In this document: positions 1 through 9,689 of the stretch, piece after piece
Position numbering within the stretch: position 1 is the first letter of the stretch
Layout of the letters: each line of letters opens with the position of its first letter
Source of the DNA: a bacterium
Lineage (GTDB): Bacteria > Patescibacteriota > Minisyncoccia > Sungbacterales > SURF-37
Length of the DNA: 47,620 nucleotides
Direction of reading: 5' to 3'
Assembly: GCA_030648055.1 (NCBI GenBank)
Contig: JAUSHI010000007.1
Span: forward strand, 1-47,620
Notes under the pieces: generated by a model
What the model was told of the DNA's origin: nothing
Database searches by the model: none
The model's input: the letters and a program-made list of their open reading frames with translations, nothing else
Program-made: the position numbers and the translations under genes

Positions 1-43
1 GGGGAAGAAAATTTTTTAATCCAAAGAGTTAAGAAAGGAGAAA

Positions 44-64
44 CACCGAAGACGGTGATTTTTT
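44..64 (+). terminator. possible intrinsic terminator of an upstream gene
   Basis: CACCG-AAGA-CGGTG stem followed by ATTTTTT. Confidence 0.4.
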
Positions 65-71
65 GTTACCC

Positions 72-100
72 TTGACACAAATAACAGAATATGCTACGTT
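72..100 (+). promoter_or_regulatory. sigma70-type promoter
   Basis: TTGACA-17 nt-TACGTT with TGn extended -10. Confidence 0.6.
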
Positions 101-173
101 TATGAGAGAAAAAAGGCCGAGTCATAGCGACTTGGTTGCACATTTCAAACCCAGAGAAGGGAGAGTGGTCACA

Positions 174-524
174 ATGAGAAACTGTCTGAAAAACCCGGTA
201 GCATGGCTTTTCATCACCATGTTCGTCACCATGTTCGGTTGGTACATCGTGGTACCCGTTTCACTTCTCATCGCCGACAAGGCGGAGGAGCGAGTCGTGG
301 TGCTGAACGACCAGAGTCGTTCGATCTTCATCGAGTGGGACACGAAGCGAGTACGACTGCCCGCAGGCATGATGCCCTCCGCACTATTCGAGGAAAACGG
401 CAAGGTTCGAAAGAACACCTACTTTCCACCAGCTCGATTCATACCCAAAATAATGGTTATCATCAAAGATGCCACGCCCCAAGAAACGGCCCTCTATCGG
501 CAACTGTTCCCCGCCAAGAGCTAG
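174..524 (+). CDS. hypothetical membrane protein with N-terminal TM helix
   Basis: ORF 63..524; start moved to ATG 174 (purine-rich RBS, downstream of promoter); hydrophobic VAWLFITMFVTMFGWYIVVPVSLLIA. Confidence 0.6.
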   Translation: MRNCLKNPVAWLFITMFVTMFGWYIVVPVSLLIADKAEERVVVLNDQSRSIFIEWDTKRVRLPAGMMPSALFEENGKVRKNTYFPPARFIPKIMVIIKDATPQETALYRQLFPAKS

Positions 525-549
525 CGATGAAACGCATCGTTTCGCAATG

Positions 550-589
550 CCCGCCATGTCTTCGGACCTCTGGCGGGTTTCTTCTTTTT
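550..589 (+). terminator. intrinsic terminator
   Basis: CCCGCCA/TGGCGGG stem followed by T-rich tract. Confidence 0.55.
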
Positions 590-675
590 GATTTATTCTC
601 TGATTTATCATAAAATACATTTGTATTCGCTTTGCGAATTCTTGGATTGAATGCCGCCAAAGAAAAACTTGCTTG

Positions 676-910
676 TCCGCCGTAGCTCGAAGAGCGTAGG
701 AGGGAAATTGTCCCCAGTAGTAGAAGCTATGCTTCACTACGGGGCAGGCACCGGTGCGACTCCTCTCCTTCGCCAAGGGCTACGGCCGAGCAATAGGCCG
801 CCGCCTTTCCGAATTTTCGCGGGCCTTCGCCTCGCCGAAGTGGCTTCGGCCACGCAGGCGGGGGGAATTCCTCGTCCACGACCGCAGTCGGGACGAAAGC
901 GGTTTGGACT
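676..910. repeat. GC-rich mosaic of REP-like palindromes
   Basis: contains CCCCAGTAGTAGAA..TTCACTACGGGGCA (712-746, second copy at 14353) and CCTTCGCCTCGCCGAAG (similar to 35830). Confidence 0.55.
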
Positions 911-1023
911 AATTCAAGAATACTGCGCCAGAAACATTTTGATAAAATAGGCGACTTTAATTTTATAAAAAGAAAATGCCCCTAATGTTATTTTGTAGGG
1001 GCAATTTATTCAAAAATTTACTA

Positions 1024-2085
1024 TTAAAACCAATCAACAGGAAGTTCCATGCCACTCGGCACCATTCCACGCTCTTTAAGAAAGGGCATTATGACTTCTT
1101 CTGCCGCAACGATACCCGCGCCGAGAAGTTCAAAACGCGATGCGGTAGATGGCGCGCCATATGCCTTGCGTTTTACCTTCTGAAAGATAGAAAGCTTGGC
1201 TGGAGGATTAAGGCGGCACACATTCACGGGCCGCTTGCCGGAAAACATGTAATTACCATGCTCTTCTTTTACCCGTTTGCGAACTTCATCGGACACATCA
1301 CCGTCGGTAATAATCTTCTCAACATTTTCTAAAACCTTTAAGTTTGCATTGATATTGCTTAGCCACCTAAGGTCGCCGTCGGATTCATAAAGATGCGCCA
1401 TTTCCGAATAACGAATGTCTATCTCGCCGATCATATCAAGCTTATTGATGGGAGAGAATTTTTTGGGAACCGTCTCAATTACAACGATATTTGAAAAGCC
1501 CTGCTCAATGGCTTTGCGAACCGGAATGTTCGTAATAAGGCCGGGGTCCACAAATTGATATTCTCTCTCTTTCCACGAACACGCCACCGGCTTCCAAAAA
1601 ACAGGTATCCTCATCGTGCCCAGAATCACCGCACGGAAAAATTCCGCGGTCATTTCTTTGTCGTGATTTGAAAACCATAGCACTTCTCCAGAAATCAAAT
1701 CTCCAACGGCAACCCAAATCCTGATGGGAGAGCGCAATACTTTATCAAAATCAGTCTCTCTGTCAATAACTTCATTTAAGGCCTTCTCACTAAAAATTGC
1801 TTCAGCGCCGAGAATGGGCCACCTTCCCTTTTTCAACGGCTCAACAAAAAGGGAGTAATAACTAAATTTATAAAGTTCTTTGGGTTTAACCGTAAACCAT
1901 ATTTTCTCAAGAGATGATGCCTTGCCCTGCGCGAGCCCGATTGCGTTTGGCGCGCCCCCCGAATCGGCGAAAATAGCGCTTGGATATCTGTCAAGCCTTT
2001 CAGAGGCCACAAGAGACGGAATCTGAAACATGCACCTTTCCGACCCGCCGCAAAGGCAATAGGCCAAATTATCAATAATCCGCAT
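1024..2085 (-). CDS. patatin-like phospholipase family protein
   Basis: Gly-rich CGGSERC, nucleophile elbow ADSGG, DGG-like FVDPGLITNIP. Confidence 0.75.
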   Translation of the reverse strand: MRIIDNLAYCLCGGSERCMFQIPSLVASERLDRYPSAIFADSGGAPNAIGLAQGKASSLEKIWFTVKPKELYKFSYYSLFVEPLKKGRWPILGAEAIFSEKALNEVIDRETDFDKVLRSPIRIWVAVGDLISGEVLWFSNHDKEMTAEFFRAVILGTMRIPVFWKPVACSWKEREYQFVDPGLITNIPVRKAIEQGFSNIVVIETVPKKFSPINKLDMIGEIDIRYSEMAHLYESDGDLRWLSNINANLKVLENVEKIITDGDVSDEVRKRVKEEHGNYMFSGKRPVNVCRLNPPAKLSIFQKVKRKAYGAPSTASRFELLGAGIVAAEEVIMPFLKERGMVPSGMELPVDWF

Positions 2086-2174
2086 GGCTATTCACCTGCT
2101 TTCCCAGAAATTTTCAACGAACTCTTATTACTTAGATTACATCACAAATTCAAAAAATCTTAAAGAGGGCACGC

Positions 2175-2284
2175 TTGACCCCCACACCTAAAGCCATAAC
2201 TGCTCTTATGCAACTTATTTTCATATTATCTAGGAACAATTCTTACTTTAATAACAGAAATGCGACTTAGGTGTGGGGGTTGAC
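2175..2284. mobile_element. 100-bp MITE-like element with terminal inverted repeats and TTGAC direct repeats
   Basis: ACCCCCACACCTAA (2178-2191) is the exact reverse complement of TTAGGTGTGGGGGT (2267-2280); TTGAC at 2175-2179 and 2280-2284. Confidence 0.55.
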
Positions 2285-2309
2285 TAATTTTTGTGCTTTG
2301 TGCTACGCT
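2280..2309 (+). promoter_or_regulatory. rplJL promoter
   Basis: TTGACT-18 nt-TACGCT with TGn extended -10. Confidence 0.55.
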
Positions 2310-2323
2310 CACATTAATCCGTT

Positions 2324-2446
2324 CCAAAGACAGCCAGCATATTCCGGACAGCCGGAATTAGGCCAAGGAACCACGAGCAAAATTTGAAGAAAAATGGTGC
2401 CGAGGATCGCCGAGGAGGCTTCAAACTTTTACCGAAATGTCTTTGG
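2324..2446 (+). promoter_or_regulatory. ribosomal protein L10 leader (cis-regulatory RNA)
   Basis: directly upstream of rplJ; CCAAAGACA pairs with TGTCTTTGG; AAGACAGC...GCCGAGG motifs typical of L10 leaders. Confidence 0.7.
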
Positions 2447-2490
2447 TGCGGTCAATAAAAGGCCGCGTTTTTAATTGCGCAAAAATCCGC

Positions 2491-3009
2491 ATGATAACAA
2501 AAAAGCAAAAAGAAGAAATTGTCAGCGAGCTTTCCAAAAAATTCGCTGAAGAAAAAATAGCAATTTTTTCAAAAATTCACGGAGTATCGGTCGCCAAAAT
2601 TTCAGCGTTCCGCAGGGAACTTAAAAAAATAGGCGCCGAACTTAAAATTGCTAAAAAAACTCTAACCCAGCGGGCAATGGACGCCGCGAATATAACGGCC
2701 AAGGTAAGAGAATTAGAGGGTGAAGTCGGCGTTATATTCGGCTATCAGGAAAACCAAGCCGAAACCGCGAAGCTTACCCAAAAATTCCAAAAAGAAAACG
2801 AAACGTTTAAAATCCTGCTTGGTCTCTTCGGCAAACAAATTCTTTCACGGGAACAAGTGCTTATGCTCGCCAAACTGCCGCCGCGCGAACAACTGCTTGC
2901 CCAGCTTGCCAGAATACTTATCTCTCCGATCCGGAATCTTATGAATGTTTTAACAGGCAATCAGCGAAATTTGGTCGTATTACTTAATAAAATAAAAGAT
3001 AGTAAATAA
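2491..3009 (+). CDS. rplJ: 50S ribosomal protein L10
   Basis: [11 protein letters not shown]...LKIAKKTL...[14 protein letters not shown]; start ATG 2491 (the ORF-track extension lies in the leader). Confidence 0.95.
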   Translation: MITKKQKEEIVSELSKKFAEEKIAIFSKIHGVSVAKISAFRRELKKIGAELKIAKKTLTQRAMDAANITAKVRELEGEVGVIFGYQENQAETAKLTQKFQKENETFKILLGLFGKQILSREQVLMLAKLPPREQLLAQLARILISPIRNLMNVLTGNQRNLVVLLNKIKDSK

Positions 3010-3023
3010 TAACTAATATATTT

Positions 3024-3407
3024 ATGGAAAAAGAAAAAATAATCACAGCGATTGAGAGCATGAGTGTCATTGAAATCGCGGAACTTGTAAAAGCTTTGGA
3101 GGAAAAATTCGGCGTATCGGCCGCCATGCCCATGATGATGGGTCCCGCCGCGGCGGGTGGGAGCGAAGGAGAAGAAGCGGGAGCGAAGGAGGAAAAAACA
3201 TCTTTCAATGTTGAGCTTACCTCGGCCGGAGGACAAAAAATTCAGGTAATTAAAGCACTTCGCGAGCTTACCAGCTTAGGCCTTAAAGAGGCCAAGGATT
3301 TGGCTGATGCCGCGCCGAAGATAGTAAAAGAAGGCGTTGATAAAGCCGCCGCTGATGAAATGAAAGCCAAGCTTGAGGCCGCCGGCGCGACAGTAACAAT
3401 AAAATAA
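3024..3407 (+). CDS. rplL: 50S ribosomal protein L7/L12
   Basis: [14 protein letters not shown]...[22 protein letters not shown]...[11 protein letters not shown]. Confidence 0.98.
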   Translation: MEKEKIITAIESMSVIEIAELVKALEEKFGVSAAMPMMMGPAAAGGSEGEEAGAKEEKTSFNVELTSAGGQKIQVIKALRELTSLGLKEAKDLADAAPKIVKEGVDKAAADEMKAKLEAAGATVTIK

Positions 3408-3420
3408 GAAATTTAAATTT

Positions 3421-3451
3421 AAAAAATCTCCCGGTTTTCCGGGAGATTTTT
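3421..3451. terminator. bidirectional terminator between rplL and ftsX
   Basis: AAAAATCTCCCGG-TTTT-CCGGGAGATTTTT. Confidence 0.85.
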
Positions 3452-3463
3452 GTTTTTACGTTT

Positions 3464-4375
3464 CTAAATTTTCAAATATTTTCTTACCGCAAGCGCGCTT
3501 GAGCCAACTCCCAATATCACTCCGGTCGCGGCTATTATCAAAAAGAATTCATAAAAATTGGAAATGAAGTAACCAAAAAGATTTATGCCGGGAAGCAGAA
3601 AAGAAACCTTGGGGGAAGCGGCCCAAATAATAGGCAAAAATAGAAAAGAAGTTATAAGGGCTGAAAATCCGCCGTGCATCAAGCCGGTAACGAGAAACGG
3701 GCTCCGCACAAACCAATTGGAGGCACCCACAAGTTTCATGATATTGATTTCTTCGCGACTCGTATAAATTGCGAGCCGCACAGTATTAAAAGCAACCAGA
3801 ACCGCGACGAAAGAAAGCACAAGCGCGATGACCAGTCCGATATTCCTAACGCCGGAAACAACCGCCGAAAGCCGCTCGATTACATCCTGATTTTCAAAAT
3901 AATTTATCTTGTCAACGACATCATATTTTCTTGACTGAAGAAACTGAGCTATACCAGCGAGTTGATTCGGATTCTGGGCTCTGACATTCAGCACCGCCCC
4001 CAAAGGATTTTCGTTTCCTAGCTCATCAAGAGCTGTTGAAATAATTTCATCCCCTTTGTGTTTTTCCTTAAACGCGGCAAGTGCCTCATCTTGAGAAATA
4101 TAATCAACCTTGCTAACCGTATCCCTAGCGGCAATTTCTTTTTGAATTTTCAATATTTGGCTTTCGTCAGCGCCCGGAATAAAATAAACAGAAATATCAA
4201 TCTTTTTTTCGAGATCAGCCAGCACCGCGTTGGACACAACACTTAAAAGAAGAATCCCGCCTATTACAAAAAGCGCCATGGTCATGATTACGATTGTCGC
4301 GGTTGACAAAAGGCCGTTTCGCTTGAAACTAAGCCACGCATTATTGAAAACTCGCTTTAAATTAACCGTAAACAT
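3464..4375 (-). CDS. ftsX: cell division permease FtsX
   Basis: 4-TM architecture; NTVRLAIYTSREEINIMKLVGASNWFVRSPF; follows ftsE. Confidence 0.92.
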   Translation of the reverse strand: MFTVNLKRVFNNAWLSFKRNGLLSTATIVIMTMALFVIGGILLLSVVSNAVLADLEKKIDISVYFIPGADESQILKIQKEIAARDTVSKVDYISQDEALAAFKEKHKGDEIISTALDELGNENPLGAVLNVRAQNPNQLAGIAQFLQSRKYDVVDKINYFENQDVIERLSAVVSGVRNIGLVIALVLSFVAVLVAFNTVRLAIYTSREEINIMKLVGASNWFVRSPFLVTGLMHGGFSALITSFLFLPIIWAASPKVSFLLPGINLFGYFISNFYEFFLIIAATGVILGVGSSALAVRKYLKI

Positions 4376-4417
4376 AGGTTTTTAAAAACCGATCTTCTAA
4401 AATCTTAAAAAAATGCG

Positions 4418-5098
4418 TTAAATATGATATTTGCCTTTTTCTTCGTCCCTGATAACCATTCCATTTTCCAAAGAAATCACTCTTCGTCCCAGGTGGTCAA
4501 CAATCTGTTTATCATGAGTCGTGAGAATCACCGTGGTGCCGAGTTCGTTTATGCGCTCAAGCAAGCGTACTATATCCCATGTATTTACGGGGTCAAGATT
4601 GCCGGTCGGCTCGTCAGCCATAATTACATCCGGCTGATTCACAAGGGCTCGGGCAATTGCGACGCGCTGTTTTTCTCCACCCGAAAGCTCGTGTGGAAAA
4701 TTATTCATCTTATCTAAAAGGCCCACAATTTCAAGCACCTCCGGAACATTTTCTTTTATTTCTTCTTCCGGGCGTCCTGCGGCCTCCATGGCAAAAGCAA
4801 CGTTTTCGCCCGCGGTCTTTCCCGGAAGCAAGCGGTAATCCTGAAAAATCGCGCCAACCCTCCTGCGAATCCTTGGCAATTCTCTTCTGGGTAGCGCGGT
4901 TACTTCTTCGCCATCAAGAAAAATTCGCCCATCGCTCGGCCTCTCTTCGGCAATTAACAACTTAAGAAGGGTGGACTTTCCGGCCCCGGACTGCCCCACA
5001 ATAGAAACAAATTCTTTGGGTTGAATCCTAATAGAGACATTTTTTAATGCCGCCGAAGTCGGATTATAAATTTTTGAAACGTTATCAAAAAAGATCAT
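4418..5098 (-). CDS. ftsE: cell division ATP-binding protein FtsE
   Basis: Walker A GQSGAGKST, LSGGEKQRVAIARA, ADEPTGNLDP. Confidence 0.92.
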   Translation of the reverse strand: MIFFDNVSKIYNPTSAALKNVSIRIQPKEFVSIVGQSGAGKSTLLKLLIAEERPSDGRIFLDGEEVTALPRRELPRIRRRVGAIFQDYRLLPGKTAGENVAFAMEAAGRPEEEIKENVPEVLEIVGLLDKMNNFPHELSGGEKQRVAIARALVNQPDVIMADEPTGNLDPVNTWDIVRLLERINELGTTVILTTHDKQIVDHLGRRVISLENGMVIRDEEKGKYHI

Positions 5099-5106
5099 GA
5101 TTTGTC

Positions 5107-5335
5107 TGCGAGCGTTAGCGAGTAGCTACAAATTATTTTCCTGGGTTTGGTCCTGCGAGGACCGCTTCGCGGTCTTCTCGGAAAACCCGCGAAAAGCTAT
5201 TTAAACGCTTTTCGCCCCCTCACCAATTTCGCTCTCGCATATATATGATGTGTATTAAAATAAATCAGTAACCACAAATTTGTGCAAGGCGCGTGGCCCG
5301 AATAGGGCCGTCCTTTTATGGGCGAAGCGCCTTGC
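5107..5335 (-). repeat. structured repeat element, copy A
   Basis: 52-nt nested hairpin 5284-5335 and 19-nt motif 5107-5125 both match 29078-29228. Confidence 0.65.
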
Positions 5336-5372
5336 TGTTATGTTGTGTCGCGAAATCTGGTGCGGGGTCATG

Positions 5373-6468
5373 TTATAGTTTTTTCTCTGCTTCAATAAAT
5401 TGGTCTAAATCTCCTTCTAAAACTTTATCAATCTGCGAAGTTTCCACGCCGGTCCTGTGGTCTTTCACCATCTGATATGGATGGAGCACGTAAGAACGAA
5501 TCTGACTGCCCCATTCAATTGAAATCGTCTCGCCTTTCATCCGCGCGGTTTCTTTTTCCTGTTCTTTCAGTCTCAAGTGGTAAAGTTTTGCCCGCAAGAG
5601 CTCGGTCGCGATTTCTCGATTCCGCTCCTGCGATCTTTCCGACTGAACTGCCGCCTGAATGCCTGTGGGAATATGGGTAATGCGCACCGCGGTCTCGCGC
5701 TTCTGCACATTCTGCCCGCCAGGTCCGGAAGAACGGAAAAAATCAGTTCTTAACTCGTCAGGCTTCAACTCAACTTCTTCCGCCCTTACTAATTCGGGCA
5801 TCACTTCCACAAGCGCAAAAGAAGTATGGCGAAGCGATTTTGCCGAAAAGGGTGAAATACGCACAAGCCGGTGAACTCCGTTTTCTTTTTTTAAAAACCC
5901 AAACGCGTATGCTCCCTTAATTTCTACCGATACATTTTTTATGCCCCAGCCGGACGGCCCATGAAATTCGCCCCAATGTTCATGAAGAACTTTGACCGCG
6001 AACCCTTTTTTCTCGGCAAAACGTACATACATCCTCAAAAGCATAGCCACCCAATCTTCAGAATCTTTACCACCCGCGCCCGAAAAAATAGACAGCACTG
6101 CATTCCCCTTATCATATGGTCCACTAAAACTCTTACGCGCCTCAAACCCATTCCACTCGCGCTCAAGGTCATACAACCGCGAATTAATGTCTTTATGAAG
6201 CACCTCATCCTCGCCCACCATCTCCAAAAGTTCTTTCAGGGTGTGAAGCTCTCCTGAAAAATGCTCGTATTCATTGACTTCCCGCTTTAATTCAACAAGT
6301 TCTGAGGCAATTTTTTGAGCCCGCTCGTGATCCTTCCAAAAATCAGCGCCCCCCATTTCTTGTTCAATTTTTAAAATCCGTTCTTTTGTCGCAAGAACAT
6401 CAAAGACGGTCCGCCATTTGGCGGATTTTAATTTCTAACGCGACAATCCTTTCGCGAAGTTCATCCAT
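5373..6468 (-). CDS. prfB: peptide chain release factor 2 with programmed +1 frameshift
   Basis: ATG 6468, 21 codons then CTT TGA (6405-6400); +1 frame continues DVLATKERI into ORF 5373..6356 with SPF and GGQ motifs. Confidence 0.93.
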
Positions 6469-6548
6469 TGCCGTTCTATTATAGCAGAAAGGCGGCAATT
6501 ATTCAAACCCAAACCTGTCCGTTGCCGCGCCTTCCCATAAATAATCTT

Positions 6549-7730
6549 CTAAAACTTGGCCGGCTTCAAAGCGGCGTGAGAATACAATTCGTTAAGTTTT
6601 TTTATAGACCGCGGACCCACAAAACCGTTCGTCGTAATACCGTATTTTTTCTGTAATTCAATTACCGCTTTTTCCGTGCACAGACCGAATTTGCCCGTAA
6701 GACCACATTCATTTTTTGAAAACCCCGCCGGAGGATAAAGCCCTTCTTCGGCCAAGGCAGCCTGCAAAGCAAAAATATCGCGGCTTTTATCTGGCCCTCT
6801 TTTTAAATAATTCTTCCAAACGTAAGGCAAAATTGACATATTTTTTGTTATCTCTTGCGGGTTAAGATACTTTTTAACACCTAAATAAGTTTGATACGCC
6901 AATTCTTCTGCAACCAGCGGCCGAACAACAGGGCTATTAACTTGTGGCTCATATATGTAGCTATATTCAACAAGCAACGAAGCACTGGTGCGTGAAGAAT
7001 TTGAGCCGACCGCGATAAGGTCCTGGTCTTCTACAACTCCCGTATTTTCCTGCGGGTGATTGCTTATCGCGAAATATCTCTGCAATTGCCCAAAGACGGA
7101 CTGCGCGAATTCCATGCTGTCGTCAAAATTCGGCAGCTGCCTTTCCGGAACATAAACCGCGAACCCGGTATACTTTCCTTCCCTGTTAAATATGCGCTCC
7201 GGGTAATCGTTAAAATGCGCGTGCAAAACCAAGTCAACGCCGTTTTCGTTTGCCCATTTATTTATGCCATAAAGCTTAACCGAATTTTCTTCTGTGGCGT
7301 AGTTATGGTGAACGGTTGTATTTTTTGTAATCAATCCCCCGTTCAAAAGATTTTCAAAAGCGCTTTTTAACCGGTCGCGAAAAGATAAAATATCGGAATA
7401 ATTATTTTGAAAATACCCCGCGAATTCAGGTTTATAGCCATTATTGTCCCGGGTAATAAAAACTTTAAAATGCGGATTGGCGTTAAAAAACCTAAAAAGT
7501 TTTTCGGCAACTTTTAAATTCAAGTCCGCCTCCCGCAAATTCTTGAATCTCGCCCCGCCCAGCGTTTCATTGTCGTGCCCCGGAACAATAAGTATCTTAA
7601 ATTCACTTCCATTGTATTTATCTTTTAAATCGCCGTGGCCCGTATTTTCAAAAGCCAAAGAACCTCTCACCGTCATCACAAAAAAGGCGGAATAGGCGGT
7701 TATTAAAATAAACAAGGCGTTAAATTTCAT
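6549..7730 (-). CDS. N-acetylmuramoyl-L-alanine amidase with C-terminal peptidoglycan-binding domain
   Basis: ILIVPGHD, EADLNL, LHAHFND, LVEYSY; C-terminal LQAALA...TGKFG..TEKAVIELQKKYGI..GFVGPRS. Confidence 0.85.
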   Translation of the reverse strand: MKFNALFILITAYSAFFVMTVRGSLAFENTGHGDLKDKYNGSEFKILIVPGHDNETLGGARFKNLREADLNLKVAEKLFRFFNANPHFKVFITRDNNGYKPEFAGYFQNNYSDILSFRDRLKSAFENLLNGGLITKNTTVHHNYATEENSVKLYGINKWANENGVDLVLHAHFNDYPERIFNREGKYTGFAVYVPERQLPNFDDSMEFAQSVFGQLQRYFAISNHPQENTGVVEDQDLIAVGSNSSRTSASLLVEYSYIYEPQVNSPVVRPLVAEELAYQTYLGVKKYLNPQEITKNMSILPYVWKNYLKRGPDKSRDIFALQAALAEEGLYPPAGFSKNECGLTGKFGLCTEKAVIELQKKYGITTNGFVGPRSIKKLNELYSHAALKPAKF

Positions 7731-7760
7731 ATGACTTGATTAATTAACTTTATTATAACC

Positions 7761-7799
7761 AAAAAATCAATAGGCGGCTATTGAAGCCGCCTATTGATT
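7761..7799 (-). terminator. terminator of the surface-protein operon
   Basis: 15-bp stem AATCAATAGGCGGCT/AGCCGCCTATTGATT with U tract on minus strand. Confidence 0.75.
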
Positions 7800-7952
7800 C
7801 ATGGGTCAAAAATCAAAAAGTCTAATTATGGAGCATATTTACGATTGCGCTTGAACCTACTTTATCAAAAATTCGTAAACTAAGAAAACCACCTTTGCCC
7901 CACTACGCCTGTGTACGGGCGGCAACAAGAGGAAACCCCTGATTGCATTACA

Positions 7953-9689
7953 TTATTTTACTTCCTTCTCAATATCCTCAATTTCTTTTCTAACAAATTT
8001 TTCAGCGTCGTCTAAATCTTTCCGTAATTGTTTAATGATTTTTTCTTCCTCTTCAGTGAGCTGACGCTTGGTACGCGTTTTTTCAAGCATTTTAATCTGT
8101 TCGCGAATGGCTTCCTTTAATAAATCAAATGCTTTATGAAGCGCATGTTCGGCTTCGCGGATTTCCTTTCTTACTCTTTTCCGCATAGTCGCAAACTTAT
8201 GCCACCAATGCCACGCCAAATACACAAGAAGAAGCACGAGCGCAATAAGCGGAATAACTACCGAAAGAAATCCTACAGCCCATGAACCGATGCGGAGAAA
8301 CGCGGGTCGCTCCACCGCTATAGTGACTTTTTCGCTCGGTTCACTTCTTGCGCCTCGCTCATCCACTACTTCCGCCCACGCTGTGTAAATGCCACTTGAT
8401 AATCTATCCTCGGCGACAAAAGTAAATCTTCCATCTTTGTCGCTTTTCACTGAATAACTTTTAGCTTCATCCTTTTCGTGTTGAAGAAAAATATTTACTT
8501 GAGCGTCTGGATATTTGGTTTTTCCTTTGATACTAAGAATTTCGCCGCTCGCGAGCTCCCTGGGATAATCAGTAATTGTTGGCGGTTCTAACGCCTGAAT
8601 AATGAACTCCGCAGAATTCGCAAAAGAGTTGCCGGCTTTATCCACTGCTTTTGCGATCAATGTATAGCTTCCTGGCCCTAAAGCAGGAGTTTCATATCTA
8701 TGGCTTCCATCATCTCGCCATACTTGCGGACTTTCGTTGCCGATTTGAACCTCATAGTGGCCTATACCAGATGTTTTGTCGCTCGCGTCAAAAATAAATT
8801 TTGCTCTAGGTTCGGTCAAATCTACTCGCCTTACTTCGGAAAGATCAAAACGGCTCGGCTTTTCAGTATCAATCTGAAAGCGAAAACGAGAAATTGATCC
8901 CCATCCCGCGCCATTACGCAAACGAATGCTAAAATACCAAATGCCATCTTCAAGTTTGTCCAATTCTTTTGAATTTATTGCCGGAATGTAAGCAACAGTG
9001 GGAACTGCGTTGGGTATTCTTCCTACAAGCAAACGGGCCCCGGTCGCATCCGCCGGCAACGCCCAAGCAAATTTGGCAGTACTCAATGGATACCATTTTG
9101 TTGGATCGGGATGCGTTGGCGACGATATTTCTGGCGCGGACGGCGTACCCGGTTCTCCTGGCGTCACTGCTTCTGGTGCCCCGGATTCTACGGCTCCTCC
9201 CAAACTGAATTGCGCGTTCCCTAAACTTGAGAGAATGTTGGTGCCTTGTCCGTCGTTAGCAAGCACCGAGCCGGAAGAAAAGTTCAGCGTGGCAACGCCA
9301 GCCGCCTTTACTCTAAAATTTACCGTAATGAGTTTTCCGTTGGCTCCCGTGAACCCCGGATTAAGCGCGATACCTTCAAAATTAACCGCGCCGGCACTGT
9401 TGGAAAACGACGGTTCCTGGACCCATAAACTAAAAATTGAACTCGTTTTTGAAAGCGATTCCACCACTAATTTATCACTGGGAAAGGAGATAACACCGGA
9501 AGCCGCATTCATTGCTTGATCCGCGCTTGAGACATATATACTCGCCGTGAAGGTAGTGCCGACTGCGTGTGTTCCCGAAGAAGGAGAAAAATATAAAGCC
9601 GCCGCTTGAGCAAATTGCGGTGCTATTATCAAAAACGTAAAAGCAAAAAAGGCAGATGCGAATATTTTTATGTACGCTTTTTTCTCCAT
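7953..9689 (-). CDS. secreted cohesin-domain protein with Ig-like domains, TM helix and C-terminal coiled coil
   Basis: signal peptide; cohesin-like AALYFSPSSGT...NAASGVISFP...LWVQEPSF; TM near C-terminus; start set to ATG 9689. Confidence 0.75.
   Translation of the reverse strand: MEKKAYIKIFASAFFAFTFLIIAPQFAQAAALYFSPSSGTHAVGTTFTASIYVSSADQAMNAASGVISFPSDKLVVESLSKTSSIFSLWVQEPSFSNSAGAVNFEGIALNPGFTGANGKLITVNFRVKAAGVATLNFSSGSVLANDGQGTNILSSLGNAQFSLGGAVESGAPEAVTPGEPGTPSAPEISSPTHPDPTKWYPLSTAKFAWALPADATGARLLVGRIPNAVPTVAYIPAINSKELDKLEDGIWYFSIRLRNGAGWGSISRFRFQIDTEKPSRFDLSEVRRVDLTEPRAKFIFDASDKTSGIGHYEVQIGNESPQVWRDDGSHRYETPALGPGSYTLIAKAVDKAGNSFANSAEFIIQALEPPTITDYPRELASGEILSIKGKTKYPDAQVNIFLQHEKDEAKSYSVKSDKDGRFTFVAEDRLSSGIYTAWAEVVDERGARSEPSEKVTIAVERPAFLRIGSWAVGFLSVVIPLIALVLLLVYLAWHWWHKFATMRKRVRKEIREAEHALHKAFDLLKEAIREQIKMLEKTRTKRQLTEEEEKIIKQLRKDLDDAEKFVRKEIEDIEKEVK

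Noticed and set aside
651-950. 99-aa ORF, and similarly ORFs 17986..18360 and 18128..18349
   Set aside because: Arg/Pro/Ala-rich translations of GC-rich palindromic repeats, no protein-like features
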